From Mobula hypostoma (Eukaryota), in contig NC_086101.1 in the NCBI RefSeq assembly GCF_963921235.1, forward strand, positions 31,868,001 to 31,932,000: a stretch of DNA of 64,000 nt. Reading direction: 5' to 3'. The notes beneath the pieces are model-generated. The model saw only the letters and a list, made by a program, of their open reading frames with translations. It was not told where the DNA came from and made no database searches. Made by a program: the position numbers and the translations under genes. Every line of letters starts with the position of its first letter. Position 1 is the stretch's first letter. Below are positions 11,980-23,957 of this stretch, piece after piece.

Positions 11980-13300
11980 CCTTCCTCATTCTTCTAAATT
12001 CTGGCGAGCACAAGCCCAGAGCCATCAGTCACTCCACATACGATATTATTCCTGGAATCATTCTCATGAACCTCCTCTGAATCCTTTTCAATGTCAGCAC
12101 ACCCTGTCCTAAATAAGGGGCCCAGAACTGCTCACAACTCTCCAAGTGAGACCTCACCAGTGCATTAGAGAGCCTTAACTTTCTAAATATCCTTAGCATC
12201 CTTGCTTTTATATTCTAGTACTCTCGAAATGAATGCTAACATCGCATTTCCCTTCCACGAAATCCTGCACAAGAACTCCCGAATCCCTTTGCACCTCAGA
12301 CTTGTGAATTTTCTCTCCATTTAGAAAATATTCTATGCCTTTACTCCTTCTACCAAAATCCATGACCATACACTTCCCGACACTGCATTCCATCCGCTAC
12401 TTCTTTGCCCCTTCTCCTAATCTGTCTATGTGCTTCTGCCGACCCCTTGTTTCCTCACCACTACCTGTCCCTCCACCTATCTTTGTGTCATCCTCAACCT
12501 GCGCCATAAGCAATCAATTCCATCATGCACATTATTGACATACAAGGTAAAGAGAAGCGGTCCCAACACCAGCTCCTGCAGACAGCACTAGTCACCAGCA
12601 GCCAAACAGAAAAGGCTTCTATTATTACCACTTCTAGCTTCCTGCCAATCAGCCAATGCACGATTCATGCGATATCTTTCCTGTAATACCATGGTCCCTT
12701 GTTAAACAGCCTCATGTGAGGCACCTTGCCAATGGTCTTCTGAAAATTCATGTACACAGCATCCACCAATTCTCTATCCTGTTCATTACACACTTTGACA
12801 AGATCATCCCTCATTCTCCTAATCTCCAATGACAAAACACCCAAGCCACTCAACCACTCTCCATAACAGTCCTTCCAGCCCAAGGAACATGCTGATAACT
12901 CACTTCTGGTCCATTACAACTTAATGGCTTCTTTCCTGAAACAGACTGACCAAAACAGATCACAATACTCCAAATGAAACTGCTCCAATGTCCCAGAAAT
13001 AATAAATCAACTTCCATACTCAGTGCCTTGACTGATGAAGGTGATCCTGCCAAAACCCTTCTTTGCCACCCTATCTACCTGTGATGCCACTTTCAGAGAA
13101 CTTTGTAGTTGAAGACCTTGAACCTCTTCTACAACACTCCCAACTATTCACCTTGAAAGTCATGCCAGGATTTGATTTCCTAAATTACAGAACCTCATAC
13201 TTATCTGAACTAATTTGTCATTGCATGAACCATTTACACCACTGGCCAAGATCCCTCTGTAATTTTTGACAATCTTCTGCACAGGCTGTCTGTTTGGTTA
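11980..13300 (-). mobile_element. CR1 LINE ORF2 fragments
   Basis: Minus-strand remnants such as MECSVGKCMVMDFG, YFLNGEKI, VDAVYMNFQKTIGKVPH. Confidence 0.75.
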
Positions 13301-13429
13301 CCTTCTTCAATGCCTGTCTGTCTATTTATTTATTTAGAGGACAAGCCCTTCCAGCCTTTCAAGCCAAACTGCCAGCAACCCCCATTTAAATTTTAGCCTA
13401 GTCCTAATCACAGATCAATTGAAAATGAC

Positions 13430-13615
13430 CAATTAACCAACTAACTGGTACATCTTTGGACTGTAGGATGAAACTGGAGTACCTGGAGAAAACCCAGGCA
13501 TGCTCTGGGGAGGGAGTACAAACTCCTTGAGGAAGATGCTAGAACTGAAGCCTGAAATCTGATGCCCTGAGCTGTGATAATGTCACACTAACTGCTCCAC
13601 TACCGTGGCACCCAA
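13430..13615 (-). mobile_element. tRNA-derived SINE remnant
   Basis: Reverse complement of a SINE head and body (GGGTGCCACGGTAGTGGAGCAGTTAG..., AGGAGTTTGTAC). A paralogous copy lies at about 60100-60255. Confidence 0.55.
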
Positions 13616-13919
13616 CACGATGAGGGTCAGTGTGCAACATGCTAAGAAGCTGGGCTTCTAAAGGAAGAGGTCATGTAAGGTCTTTGAAGCACATGAAAGT
13701 GGCTAAGTCCATAGGGCCTGTTGGGATATACCCAGGTTATTGAGAGAGGCAAGAGATAAGATTGATAGGGCCTGATAATGATCTTTATGAACTGTGATCT
13801 TGAATAATTGTTCTTTTGTGGTAAAAGGGAAAGTCCTGGTAACTACAGGGCAGTAGTAGGGAAGCGACTGACAAAAACTAAATGAAAGGACAACACTCTG
13901 ACTCCTCCCACTGATCCAA

Positions 13920-14900
13920 TTATGTATTGATTTGGCTAGCTTACCCTGGATCCCATATGTTCTCACTTTCTGGACCTGTCCACCATGTAGGATGTCATCA
14001 AAAGCCTTTCTGGAGTCCATGTTGGCAACATCTACTGCCCATCCCTTGTCAATCCTCTTGGTCCCCTCTCCAAAGACTGCAGTCAGATTTGTGAGAAACA
14101 GTTTCACAGCCCTTGCCTTTCCAAATACAGGTTGATCCAGTTTCTCGGAATCCTATCTGGTACATTTTCCAGCACTAACGTTAGGTTCAACAGCCTGTAG
14201 TTCCCAGCTTGCCCATGCAATCTTTCTTACGTAAAAGGATAACATCAGGTATCTTCCAATCTTCTGGTACCATACCCTTGTCTATTGAAGAAACTGATCT
14301 CCCAGGGCCCTTACAATTTCTGCCTTCATTCTTATAATATCCTTGGGTACTCTCATTCAGACCCATGGATTTATCCATTTTTATGCACCTCAAGAACACC
14401 AACACCTCATTTGTAATATTGAAATGTTTCAGGATGTCTCTATAGTCTTTCCTGAGTTCCCCAGCTTGGGCCTGACCTTCTCCCCAGTTAAGTGGAGATA
14501 TGAAGTATTTATTTGAGACCTCTGGCTCCACATATATACAGCCACACTGATCCTTCAGGGACATCTGCTCTCCCCAATTAGCCCTTTGTTCTTGATATAC
14601 GGATAATTTTCGGATTATCCTTGACGGAGAAGGTAAAGAAGATCTCATTCTCCCTATGATGGAAATGCATAAGACGGTGGTCAGGCTACTGTGAACATGT
14701 CTGCTCAGCATACCATTGGAGGCTAAGAGGTGACCTGATATGTAAGATAAGAGCCATAGATAGGATAGAAAATCAAAATCCTTTTCATAGGGGTATGAAA
14801 ACTTGAGGTCGGAATTAAGGTGAGAGGCAGCAGCTTTACAGGAAATCTGTTGTATTTACACAGAGAGCGTTGGTATTTGAAATTCATTGCTAGTGGTGAG
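13920..14900 (-). mobile_element. CR1 LINE fragments
   Basis: RIDKGWAVDVANMDSRKAFDDILHG and KIPDVILLRKK on the minus strand; a CR1 3' piece in plus orientation at about 14750-14900. Confidence 0.6.
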
Positions 14901-14907
14901 TTTAAGA

Positions 14908-15611
14908 AGGCGCTGATGACTTGGCGACTTCGGGCTGGTGGATAACGAAACAAGGAAAACAACTAAATACTTTGTTAATCCCAATATTTCTGGCAAGTAA
15001 TAGCCTGTAACTTCCCTTTGGACTCGGAGGCAATTTGATGTGGCAGAACCGAGGCATTGGGCCCGTCACCGAGAGCGGGGAAGACCCGAAGTTCGATCTT
15101 TCGAAGTGCAAATGTCAGTTACCGGCCGAACTGAGGCGGCGCGGTCGGGGCACCAGGGCGGATTGGAGAGACTGGACTCGATCGTTTGAAAGGAGACAAG
15201 CACAGGGCCGAATCGGAAAGATTGGTTACAGTCCGAATCTTGGCGGCGCGGTCGCAGCACAGAACGTATCAAGGCGATTGAACCCTATATTCGATTTTGG
15301 CTCCCGGCAGGTTGAAGAGGTCAGGGTGAGGGGGGCCCGGGGCAAAGGAGGGGCCGGTTCATATCGCTGCTCCGTGACTCTGCTCTGCGCTGAACTACGG
15401 GACTCTGTTTGCGGACTTCATTTCAGAATGCTATGTGCTTGCAGCTATTGTTTGCACGAGGATTTTTCCCCCTCTGCACATTGGGTGTTTGGCAGTCTTT
15501 TTCAGATGGGTTCTTTTAGGTTTTTTTTGTTTCGTGGCTGCCTGTTAGGAGACGAACCGCAAGTATAATGTACACAAACTTTGATAATAAATGTACATTG
15601 ACAGAACTTTG
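14908..15611 (+). mobile_element. Unclassified non-autonomous retroelement-like insertion
   Basis: CpG-rich 5' part, a 3' end with AATAAA and a short tail; it interrupts a CR1 3' remnant. Confidence 0.35.
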
Positions 15612-16697
15612 AGGATGTGGTGCAGACTAATCCGAGCATTGCATTTAAGAGGCAATTGGACACTTGAGTAGGAAAAATCCGGCAAGGACGGTTCCAGGAC
15701 CGGCTGAGAAAGAAAGGAGGCACGGTGCTTGCGGCCTCATTCCGTAAAAACCCAGAGTGACAGAAACTCCGAAGATTTCATCCCTGGGCGAGGAAGGATC
15801 TTCGATTAGAAGACACCTGCTGGGCTGCACCTGGGGACAACTTGAAAGACTGGCTAGGATTCTAGCGATCTGCAGTCGGCGGCCCCTGCCCCAGTAGGGG
15901 AGATGGGATTCAGCTGGGCTTGAATGGGAAAGGTATAGGAGGGATGTTGTATATCTATGCACAACCCCCTCTGGTCAGTTGCACCTCAGTTCCACCATTT
16001 TACCCGCATTGTCTCTCCAACATCAGAAGCGGAAAACGCTGGAATTTCTGAACAGCTGAGCCAGCACCATATTTAATGTTTCAGGTCCAGAACTGGGAAA
16101 CTGAGAAAACGAGTGGGTGGGAGGGATTGGACAAGTACACTATCTCTGATACGGTGGTCAGCGCTGGCCGGTACATACACTCGTCTGATGATCAGATGCC
16201 TTCACAATGCCAAGGTGCTTCACTTACTGACACTCCTGTAACACATTTAACCTGCTTCGCACAGCCCAGTCCGAACCTCTCGCTGTCCTCTTGGGCCAAG
16301 CTGCGGAAATGCCCGCTGCACAGCTTTACCGCAGTCATGAACGTGTCGGGAGGAAGCAGTTCTCCAGCATGGGGACGGAGGACTGAACTGGCTCGTCCAT
16401 ACCGTGCTATAAACCAGACCTCTGCCCACCTCCATCCCAGGTCAGTGAAGGTGCCGAGGTTAACCCATACACCCCCCCCCCCCGCGCTTCCCTCCCTACT
16501 TCCCCTCCCGTATGCAGTCTCTGCGGGGTTTCCCACCACATCAACCTCCCACCCCCACCACCACACTGATACTCATTGTGCTCAGGCTGGGTGGCGTGGG
16601 ACCTTGACATCTTGACGAGGGACGATCACGCTGTGTCCATCCGCTCACTTACTGACCGGGGGCTGAATGTCCCGCTGACCATTGCCCCTTCACTCAC

Positions 16698-16749
16698 CTG
16701 CGGAGACCCCTCCACACAGGAGGGCCAGCAGTAGTAGACGCAACACCAT
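16698..16749 (-). CDS. MHC class I signal-peptide (leader) exon, probable exon 1 of gene B
   Basis: ATG...GCA G|GTGAGT, 52 bp, phase 1, encoding MVLRLLLLALLCGGVSA. In frame with alpha1 at 6471 (G+GC = Gly). Confidence 0.85.
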
Positions 16750-17148
16750 TCCTCCCTCTGTATCAGAACTGTTTCGAGTTCCCAAGTCCTCCACCCGTGC
16801 TCAGTCTGGTATCAATCGCACTCGGTTCATCGCTCCCTTCTGCGGACTGTGCGCGGTGTCCGAACTGCACGCTGATTGGTCCGCGGGATGCCATTCAGCA
16901 TTTGCCTCTGCTTAGTGTCATTGGACTCTGGGCAAGAGTGGTCACTGAAGTTTGAGTCGCTTGGAAATAAAGTTACCAATTTCTGCATCCATCCAATCAG
17001 AAAAATAGCTGTATGTGTGGACGACGGGTTGAATAGAGTTTGGGAAAAAAATCGACAGTGTAGGAACGGGAGGGAGAGACAGAGTCCTGCTGTTACAGCT
17101 CCCGGAGCAGACCCTGGGGGCCAAACTCCGGTGACACAGGAAGGAGGA
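16750..17148. promoter_or_regulatory. Putative bidirectional promoter between two divergent class I leaders
   Basis: CTGATTGG at 16872-16879 and CCAATCAG at 16993-17000 in mirror arrangement, plus ATTGG (~16920) and CCAAT (16976). CpG-rich. Confidence 0.55.
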
Positions 17149-17200
17149 ATGAAGCTACTTCTACTACTGTTTGCCCTCCTCTGTGGATGGGTCTCCACAG
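17149..17200 (+). CDS. Second MHC class I-type leader exon (orphan in this window)
   Basis: ATG...ACA G|GTGAGT, 52 bp, phase 1, encoding MKLLLLLFALLCGWVST. Clearly paralogous to the minus-strand leader, including GGAGGA just before the ATG. Confidence 0.8.
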
Positions 17201-17689
17201 GTGAGTGAAGACACTGAAGGAGATAGATAAGCTGGTAAATAAATTCGGCGCGAGAAGCATCCGTGGAAGAACAGAGATGGTCAGTGCCGTGGGATTGAGA
17301 GTGCAGAGGGGGGGAAGCCAGTCCAGAGAGGTGAACCAAGGGGCGAGACAGGGGATGGTAGGTGTTGGGTGGAACCAGGTGAGGGCCCAGCGAATGGACC
17401 GATGGAGTTCAGAGACAGACTCTGGTAGAACCAGAGGGGAGGGGTGATGAGCAGATGGATCCAGATGGCAGAGGAGATGGGGAGGGTAGGCCAAGGAAGG
17501 AGAATCTCAAGTAAATAGATGTATTTAAACCCTTTTTTTTTACTGAAGAGGCATAGGCATCTCTGATCACGGTGCGGTCGTGGTGTAGGAGGTTGGGGTA
17601 ACAAGTGGAATAGAGGGGCTGGGGGAGTGAACAAGGATAGAGAGAATACCAGAAATGGGAAGGGAAACACAGAGGGTACCGCTAACTGA

Positions 17690-18110
17690 AATCTGAAAGT
17701 AGAATGTACAGACCATCGGGTCGTGAAGGGTGAAAGGACAGGTAAATGGCGGGGACAGTACACACGATCCTACTAAATGGCTGCCCCTTGATCTCGCTGA
17801 TGTAAATCAGGCTGGAGTACCTGAAAACAGAGGAGGAGTTTGGAAGTGGTGAAGACGAATATAAATTCACCTAGAATGGGTGTTCAGGTCCCTAGATGGT
17901 GGCGGTAGAGAGGGTATGGGGACACCTGTGGTGCCTGTAGAGGGACGGGTTGAGTGGATCAGTGAGTCACGAAGGGAGTGGTCCCTACAGGAAGCCAAAA
18001 GTGAAGTATGAGGAGAAGGTGTGACGAGGTGGTATTCCACTGTAGCTGATGGAAATGACGAAGATGATATGCTGGATATGGAAGCTGATGTAGCACTGAT
18101 AGAGGGAGAT
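17690..18110 (-). mobile_element. Penelope-like element 3' fragment (degraded)
   Basis: Reverse-complement similarity to the RT C-terminal/GIY-YIG region of the 7918-11699 element. Confidence 0.5.
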
Positions 18111-19889
18111 AGTGATGGGTTCTTTGCTAAACCTTGTTTCCAATCTACTTAGGCTGGGTCATTCTTATGTCGAATTGACAATTTGAATTCCAGAGTTCCC
18201 TGTTGTCCCTTTGCATTTGTATTCAAACCCTTTATGATATTACGATCGCTGGTTACTGGATACTCCCGACTGATAGATGCAAAACTTGGTCAAACTCTTT
18301 CCCCAGAACCAAATCCAACAAAGAGGCTTCCTTAATCGGCCAGACACATCCCAGAGATCAGACACAATGAAATTTATTATCACTAACTTACCTGATGTGA
18401 AATTTGTTATTTTACAGCAACAGTGCAGTAAAAAAATGACAAAATTATTGTAACTTACAAAAAAACAAATAAACTCTGGGAAGGAAAGGAATAATGATAT
18501 TGTGTTCATTGAGCTTTCAGAAATCTGATGGCGGAGGGGAAGGAGCTGCTCCTGAATTAATGAGCGTGGGTCTTCAGGCTTTTGTGCTTCCACCTGATGT
18601 TAGTATGGAGAAGAGGGCATGTCCCAAACAGTGAAGTTACCAAATACCTATAGTCTGTAGCGCTTGCATGTATCCGCAATTTCCGAGTAATTGTCTTTCA
18701 ACGTGCTCCCGGACCATTTCAATCTGTAGAATATCCCAATGGTGAAACCTTCCGCATACTGTCTCCTAAATCTGTATAGATACATCATGTTCTTCATTGT
18801 GCCAGGACATTCTCTCTTCTCACAAGACATTCCTTCATTCCTGTTTTTCATATACAATCTGATCGCATTTGCTTAGAGTCGCTCCGTGGGTACGCGTTGT
18901 CCTCTTATGGTTTACCTTTTGTGTTTAATTGTTTGCCTTTGGCCTATATCTGGCAGGTGCCTCGTGTGGTATGATGGAGATAATTAATCTCTCTGCATTT
19001 ATCACCTGCATTCGATTAGAGAATTTAATTGGCGCGGTATTTTCAATGTGTTGTAGTGGTTAGCTTTGGGAATTTTGGTTCGTCTGGATACTGATGTTTT
19101 CTGATTGGGCCTGAATTCCTACGTGTTTCAGTGTGTATTTTAGAGGGGTGCATGCCAACCCCTCTTTGCTCTCTCGTTGTGGTTCCCTGTCAGGTGAAAC
19201 TCAGACCGAGTTCTTCTGTCCGCGCCTTGTGGCGCATCGCACCTTATCGTTTCTTCATCATTTGTCTGTTTTTTTTTTACAAGGCCGAGTTCCGAGCTCG
19301 ATTCTGAACCCAGCACGGATGAAAAGTGTGCGAACACCCGGCTGGTTTGGACCCGGGACAACTCGTCTCGACGTCCGGGTGAATGTCACGGCAACACCGG
19401 GCAGCTCTGTTCTGTGTATCCGCAGTGATTTCAGTTCGTCCAAATTCTGTACAGGTTACCTTGGCTCCAGTTAGTTTTTCTCCAGTTAATTTCCAGTAAT
19501 ATATCTTTAGTTTTTCTGAATTGCCGACGTCTCTGTGATCCCTGTACCTGAGTTCGCTGTGACGACCGAACCGAGACAAATGACCTCAGCAATGTAGGGC
19601 GTGCGATCAGATCTGGTAAAGCAGAGAGCCACGGTCAGTAGGCACGAGCAGCAGCTGTAGGAGATGGTCACGTTTTCGAGGAAAATATAAAAACCGAGGA
19701 ATCATGTATGCCACGACCCGGGGGAGAGTGCCAACAGCTCCCGAAATCTGTCTGCTCCGGAGCGATTTGACGGGATCCCGGGATGTGACGGGTTTGTCAC
19801 ATAGTCGTGTCGAACTGATGCCGCACAAGTTTCAGCATATCCTTTCTAAGATAAATGGGCCACACCATTACATCCGTGCTTTTATATTC

Positions 19890-21190
19890 TTGTTCTCTTC
19901 AAATGAATGCTAACATCGCACTCGTCTTCCTCACCACAGACGTAACCTGCAAATTAACCTTTTGGGAATCCTGCACAAGTCCCTTCGCGCCTCAGGGTTT
20001 ATTGTACTTTCATTCCATCTAGAAAATAGTCAACCCTGTAACTTCTTTTACCAAAGTTCTTGATCACACACTTCCCGACACAATATTCCATCAGCCATTT
20101 CTTTGCCCACTCTCGTAATCTGTCGAAGTCCTTCCGTAGCCCCTATACTTCGTCAAAACTACCTGCCCCTCCACCTATCTTCACATTATCTGCAAACTTT
20201 GCAACAAAGCCATCAATTCCATCATCCAAATCATTGACATAACGTAAAAATAATCGGCTCCCACACGGACCCCTGTGGAACACCGGCAGCCGACCAGTAA
20301 AGGCTCCCTTCATTCCCAGTCTGCCTCCTGCCAATCATCCATTGTTTTATCCACGCTAGAATCTTTGCTGTAATACCATGGGCTCGTAGCTTGTTAAGTA
20401 GCCTCATATGTTCTATCTCGTCAAATACCTTCTGAAAATCCAAGTACACAACAGCAACCGATTCTCCTTTCTCTATCCAGCCTGTTATTGAGTAAATTGA
20501 GCCGACTTCTGCCTATTTTATCATGTCCCTCCAAGAACCCTGAGACTTCATCCTTAATAATCGATTCCAACACCTTCCCCACTACTGAAGTCAGACGAAC
20601 TGACCTACAGTTTCATTTCTTGTGCCTCTCTCCATACTTGAAGAAGTGTAATGGCATTTGCAATTTTCCAGTCTTCCAGAGCCATTCCAGAATCTAGTGA
20701 TTTTTGAAAGAGCATTACTAATCCCTCCACAATCTCTTCACCCACCTCTCATGACCCTGGGGTGTACACCATCTGGTCCAGATGACTTATCTACCTCGGA
20801 CCTTTCGGCTTTCCAAGAACCTTCTCTCTAGTTATGGTAACTTCCCACGCCTCATGACCCCTGACACCTGGAACTAGCTTCTCCATCGTGAAGACTGATG
20901 CAAAATACTTACTCAGTTCGTCCCCATTACTACCTCTCCAGCATCGTTTTCCAGCGGTGTGATATCCTCTCTTGCCTCTCTTTAACACTTCAAGAATCTG
21001 AAGAAACTTTTGGTGTCCTATTTAATATTATTGGCTATCTTACTTTCATATTCCATCTTTACCTTTTAAGGTCTTTTTGGTTGTTTTCTGTTGGTTTTTA
21101 AAAACTTTCCAATCCTTTAACTCCCCACTATTTTTTGCTCTATTATATGCCCTCTCTGTGTCTTTCATGTTGGCCTTGATTTCTCTTGAG
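19890..21190 (-). mobile_element. CR1 LINE ORF2 fragments
   Basis: MYLDFQKVFDEIEHMRLLNKLRAHG and YVNDLDDGIDGFVAKFADNVKIGG. Confidence 0.85.
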
Positions 21191-21209
21191 AGACAGTCTT
21201 TCTTTTAAA

Positions 21210-22560
21210 AAAGAAAGTCTCTTTATTTCAAAGTTATCATTTTTTTACATTTCTGTGATTTGGATGAAGGGTTCTTCTTGTTTTTATTTTTGTTCTTGAC
21301 ATTGTGTGTTTCAGAATACTGGACACCAACCTCCTTTGAGCACTGCAAGCAGTCCAGCCTTCACCTCTCTTTGAATGAAAGGTTGGGAGGAGGTTCTTCA
21401 TCCTTGATTCATCTTGAGATTTTCTTTTTCTTCTTCTCCCACCATTTTCAGTAGATTCCTGTGTTTGATCAGATGTCTTTTGACTTGTTTGGGTGAGTAA
21501 TTTTGTGGTAAGCCCCTTAGGAATCCTTATAGCTGAGAATCTCTCTGCTTTGGCTTTATCCAAGAACTTTTTGTATTTCTCAATCTTTTCATCCAAATCC
21601 CGTAGTGTCTGTTTTGGCTTGTCCACACACTGGTGATTATTCTCCTGAAGTTTACTTCGTTCAGCACCAGTTGATTCTTTCCCATCACTATCTTCATTAC
21701 CTTGCTCTTCCTCTTCATCCAAAATGTCGTCTTCATCTTAAGAAATGTTCGCAGGTAGAAGGTCCGTCTCAGAAAATTCAGGCGCCACGTTGATTTCCCC
21801 AAAGTTTTGCCTTGCGTATGCAACTATTTGTAGTACTATTGGATTTTCAGCTTTTTCATGTTCTTCAACAATTGCTGTTTCTGATAACCCTTTCACATGA
21901 TCAGATTTGTTTGGGTCTTTTTCCACTTTTAACATAGTTAATGGCTGAGAGTCACCTTCAGCATCTGGTGGTTTAACATAAAAAGGTATTCGCCCTCTTT
22001 GCCAATCATTCAAAACCATTTTGGCCACAGTTTGTATGTCAGATTCTCCACCCTTCAAAAGCTTTCCTGTTCTGAATGCAAGCTTCTCTAAGAAATCAAC
22101 TGGATTGTTTCAAACGTTTCTGTATCCAGAATATGTACTTCTGAATTATAAGGTGTGATTCGGTCATTCAGAAGAGACATCAGAAGCTGGGTTTGTTTAA
22201 GAATTACCCTATAAGGGTCTTTCATAACACTGCCCATCTTTTGGAATTGCTGCAGAGATGACTGCTTTATGACTTGAGTGTTAGCAAGCCAGCTGATGTT
22301 TGGTTCCACTCGAGATGTGGTGCCAGATGTAACTGTTGACTGGAACTGCAGTGACTTGACAATCATCCCATGTTTGTTTCTTCGTTCCTTCTGGCTGTAC
22401 CTATTCAGACGTTAAATAGTTGCCCTATCCCTCTTGAGGCCTCCCCCATCTTTGGGCCAATCTGGGTTGGTGCGGGCGGTGGATGGGTTGGCTGAGCTGC
22501 GGCCCTGGTACTGAGCCTTCACCATCTTCGACACCCTGGGACGGGAACCGAGTCCCGCAT
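21210..22560 (-). pseudogene. GNL2: Processed pseudogene of nucleolar GTPase GNL2 (Nog2), internally deleted
   Basis: ATG at 22525 gives MVKAQYQGRSS.NPS..TNPD...RDRATI*RL.; also [67 protein letters not shown] and DEKIEKYKKFLDKAKA. No introns, with stops and frameshifts; AATAAA at 21227-21222. Confidence 0.92.
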
Positions 22561-23219
22561 GGCTGCTTCGCAATCACCCTGCGACGGCTCAGACACAGTT
22601 TTGTCATCTTTCCTTTGGAATACGTCGTCCTTTTTGGATGTCCATATCTGTTGCCTTCCAAATTGCCTCTAGAGATTCCAACCAATCACCAGCTGAATCC
22701 AATTATGATATAGACAATTGAGAGTTGTTGGCTGTTAAAATGTCCTTGGAAGAGTGGCATTGCTGGTTGGAATGGGCTGAGCATCTGTTTGTAGTTTGGA
22801 TGGATGATAAAAATTAAACTTGTATTGTGCCACCCGAACATAGGTCAGAGGACTTCAAATGGGGGAATACATCTGAAATAATAGCCTGCCCTGGGGTTTC
22901 ATGCACCTCAAAATTCATACAAACACGTGATTGATGGGATGGTATTGACAGGGATGTCAGTTCATTTCTCCAAGCCTGGAACTTTTCTGTCCATTATGGG
23001 CAATCTTTGCTCAGATTAAATGGTCACTCCAAGAGGATTTGTTGCCAGAAATGAGGCAACGAAGAGTGCTTTCAAAATCTTGGTAAGTCCTCTCAGTCTG
23101 ACCATTCATTTGTGGGTGGAAAAAATAAACTTGTTGGAGCTTTTATTCTTGTTTTCAATTTTGAATTTAAATTTGGCTTTAAGCCTCTTCTCATTCCCAA
23201 ACAGAAGGTGAAAGTTGGT

Positions 23220-23500
23220 GTCCCATCTGCTAAATAGTTTATCGAGCACTGTACACAGCTTCAAGCCAAGAGGCCTTTGGTCTTTGCTTTGGCGAGGCAA
23301 CAGTTTTGTGACAACAGGAAACAGTCAATCTTTCTGTGTGGGTCAGCAGGTTTGGCTTTTGACCCAAGAGCTCCCCCTTGAAACTGAATCGTGGAAGCTA
23401 GCGCTTCACTTCATTGGGCCTTTAGGATTGTTAAGGTCAATCCTCTAAGTTATAGATAACAGCTTCCCAGTTCTCTCCAAATCCATCCCACAATTCTCGT
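23220..23500 (+). mobile_element. Gypsy integrase C-terminal fragment
   Basis: QQVWLLTQELPLETESWKLALHFIGP resembles the KL.P.FIGPF motif. Confidence 0.55.
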
Positions 23501-23648
23501 CTCTAAACTTAAATCACTACTCTGTAGTCCTTCAGCTCCTACTCTTAAACCTCCCCTCCTCCTAGAATCGTAGACAGAGAACCTGTTTACACTGTCCACA
23601 GACTGCTGGATTCCCGGCAAGATAAAGGTCAGTTCCAGTACTTAGTCG

Positions 23649-23957
23649 TAAACACGAGGAATTCTGCAGATGCTGGAAATTCAAGCAACACACATCAAAG
23701 TTGCTGGTGAACGCAGCAGGCCAGGCAGCATCTCTAGGAAGAGGTACAGTCGACGTTTCGGACTGAGGCCCTTCGTCAGAACTAACGGAAGGAAGAGCTA
23801 GTAAGAGATTTGAGAGGGGGAGGGGGAGGGGGGATCTCTTACTAGCTCTTCCTTCCGTTAGTCCTGGCGAAGGTTCTCAGCCCGAAACGTCAACTGTACC
23901 TCTTCCTAGAGATGCTGCCTGGCCTGCTGCGTTCACCAGCAACTTTGATGTGTGCTG
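23649..23957. mobile_element. 309 bp fold-back Penelope-derived miniature element with hammerhead-like cores
   Basis: Inverted arms 23689-23809 and 23834-23954; 14 bp TSD CCAGTACTTAGTCG at 23635-23648 and 23958-23971. Confidence 0.85.

Noticed and set aside
16192-16566. CpG-rich open frames in gene B intron 1 (e.g. ...DLGWRWAEVWFIARYG...)
   Set aside because: No recognisable domain or convincing splice acceptor; the faint resemblance to alpha1 is not significant.
21210-22560. GTPase-like sequence as the MHC marker GNL1
   Set aside because: The motifs match GNL2/Nog2 and the copy is processed, so its position carries no synteny information.
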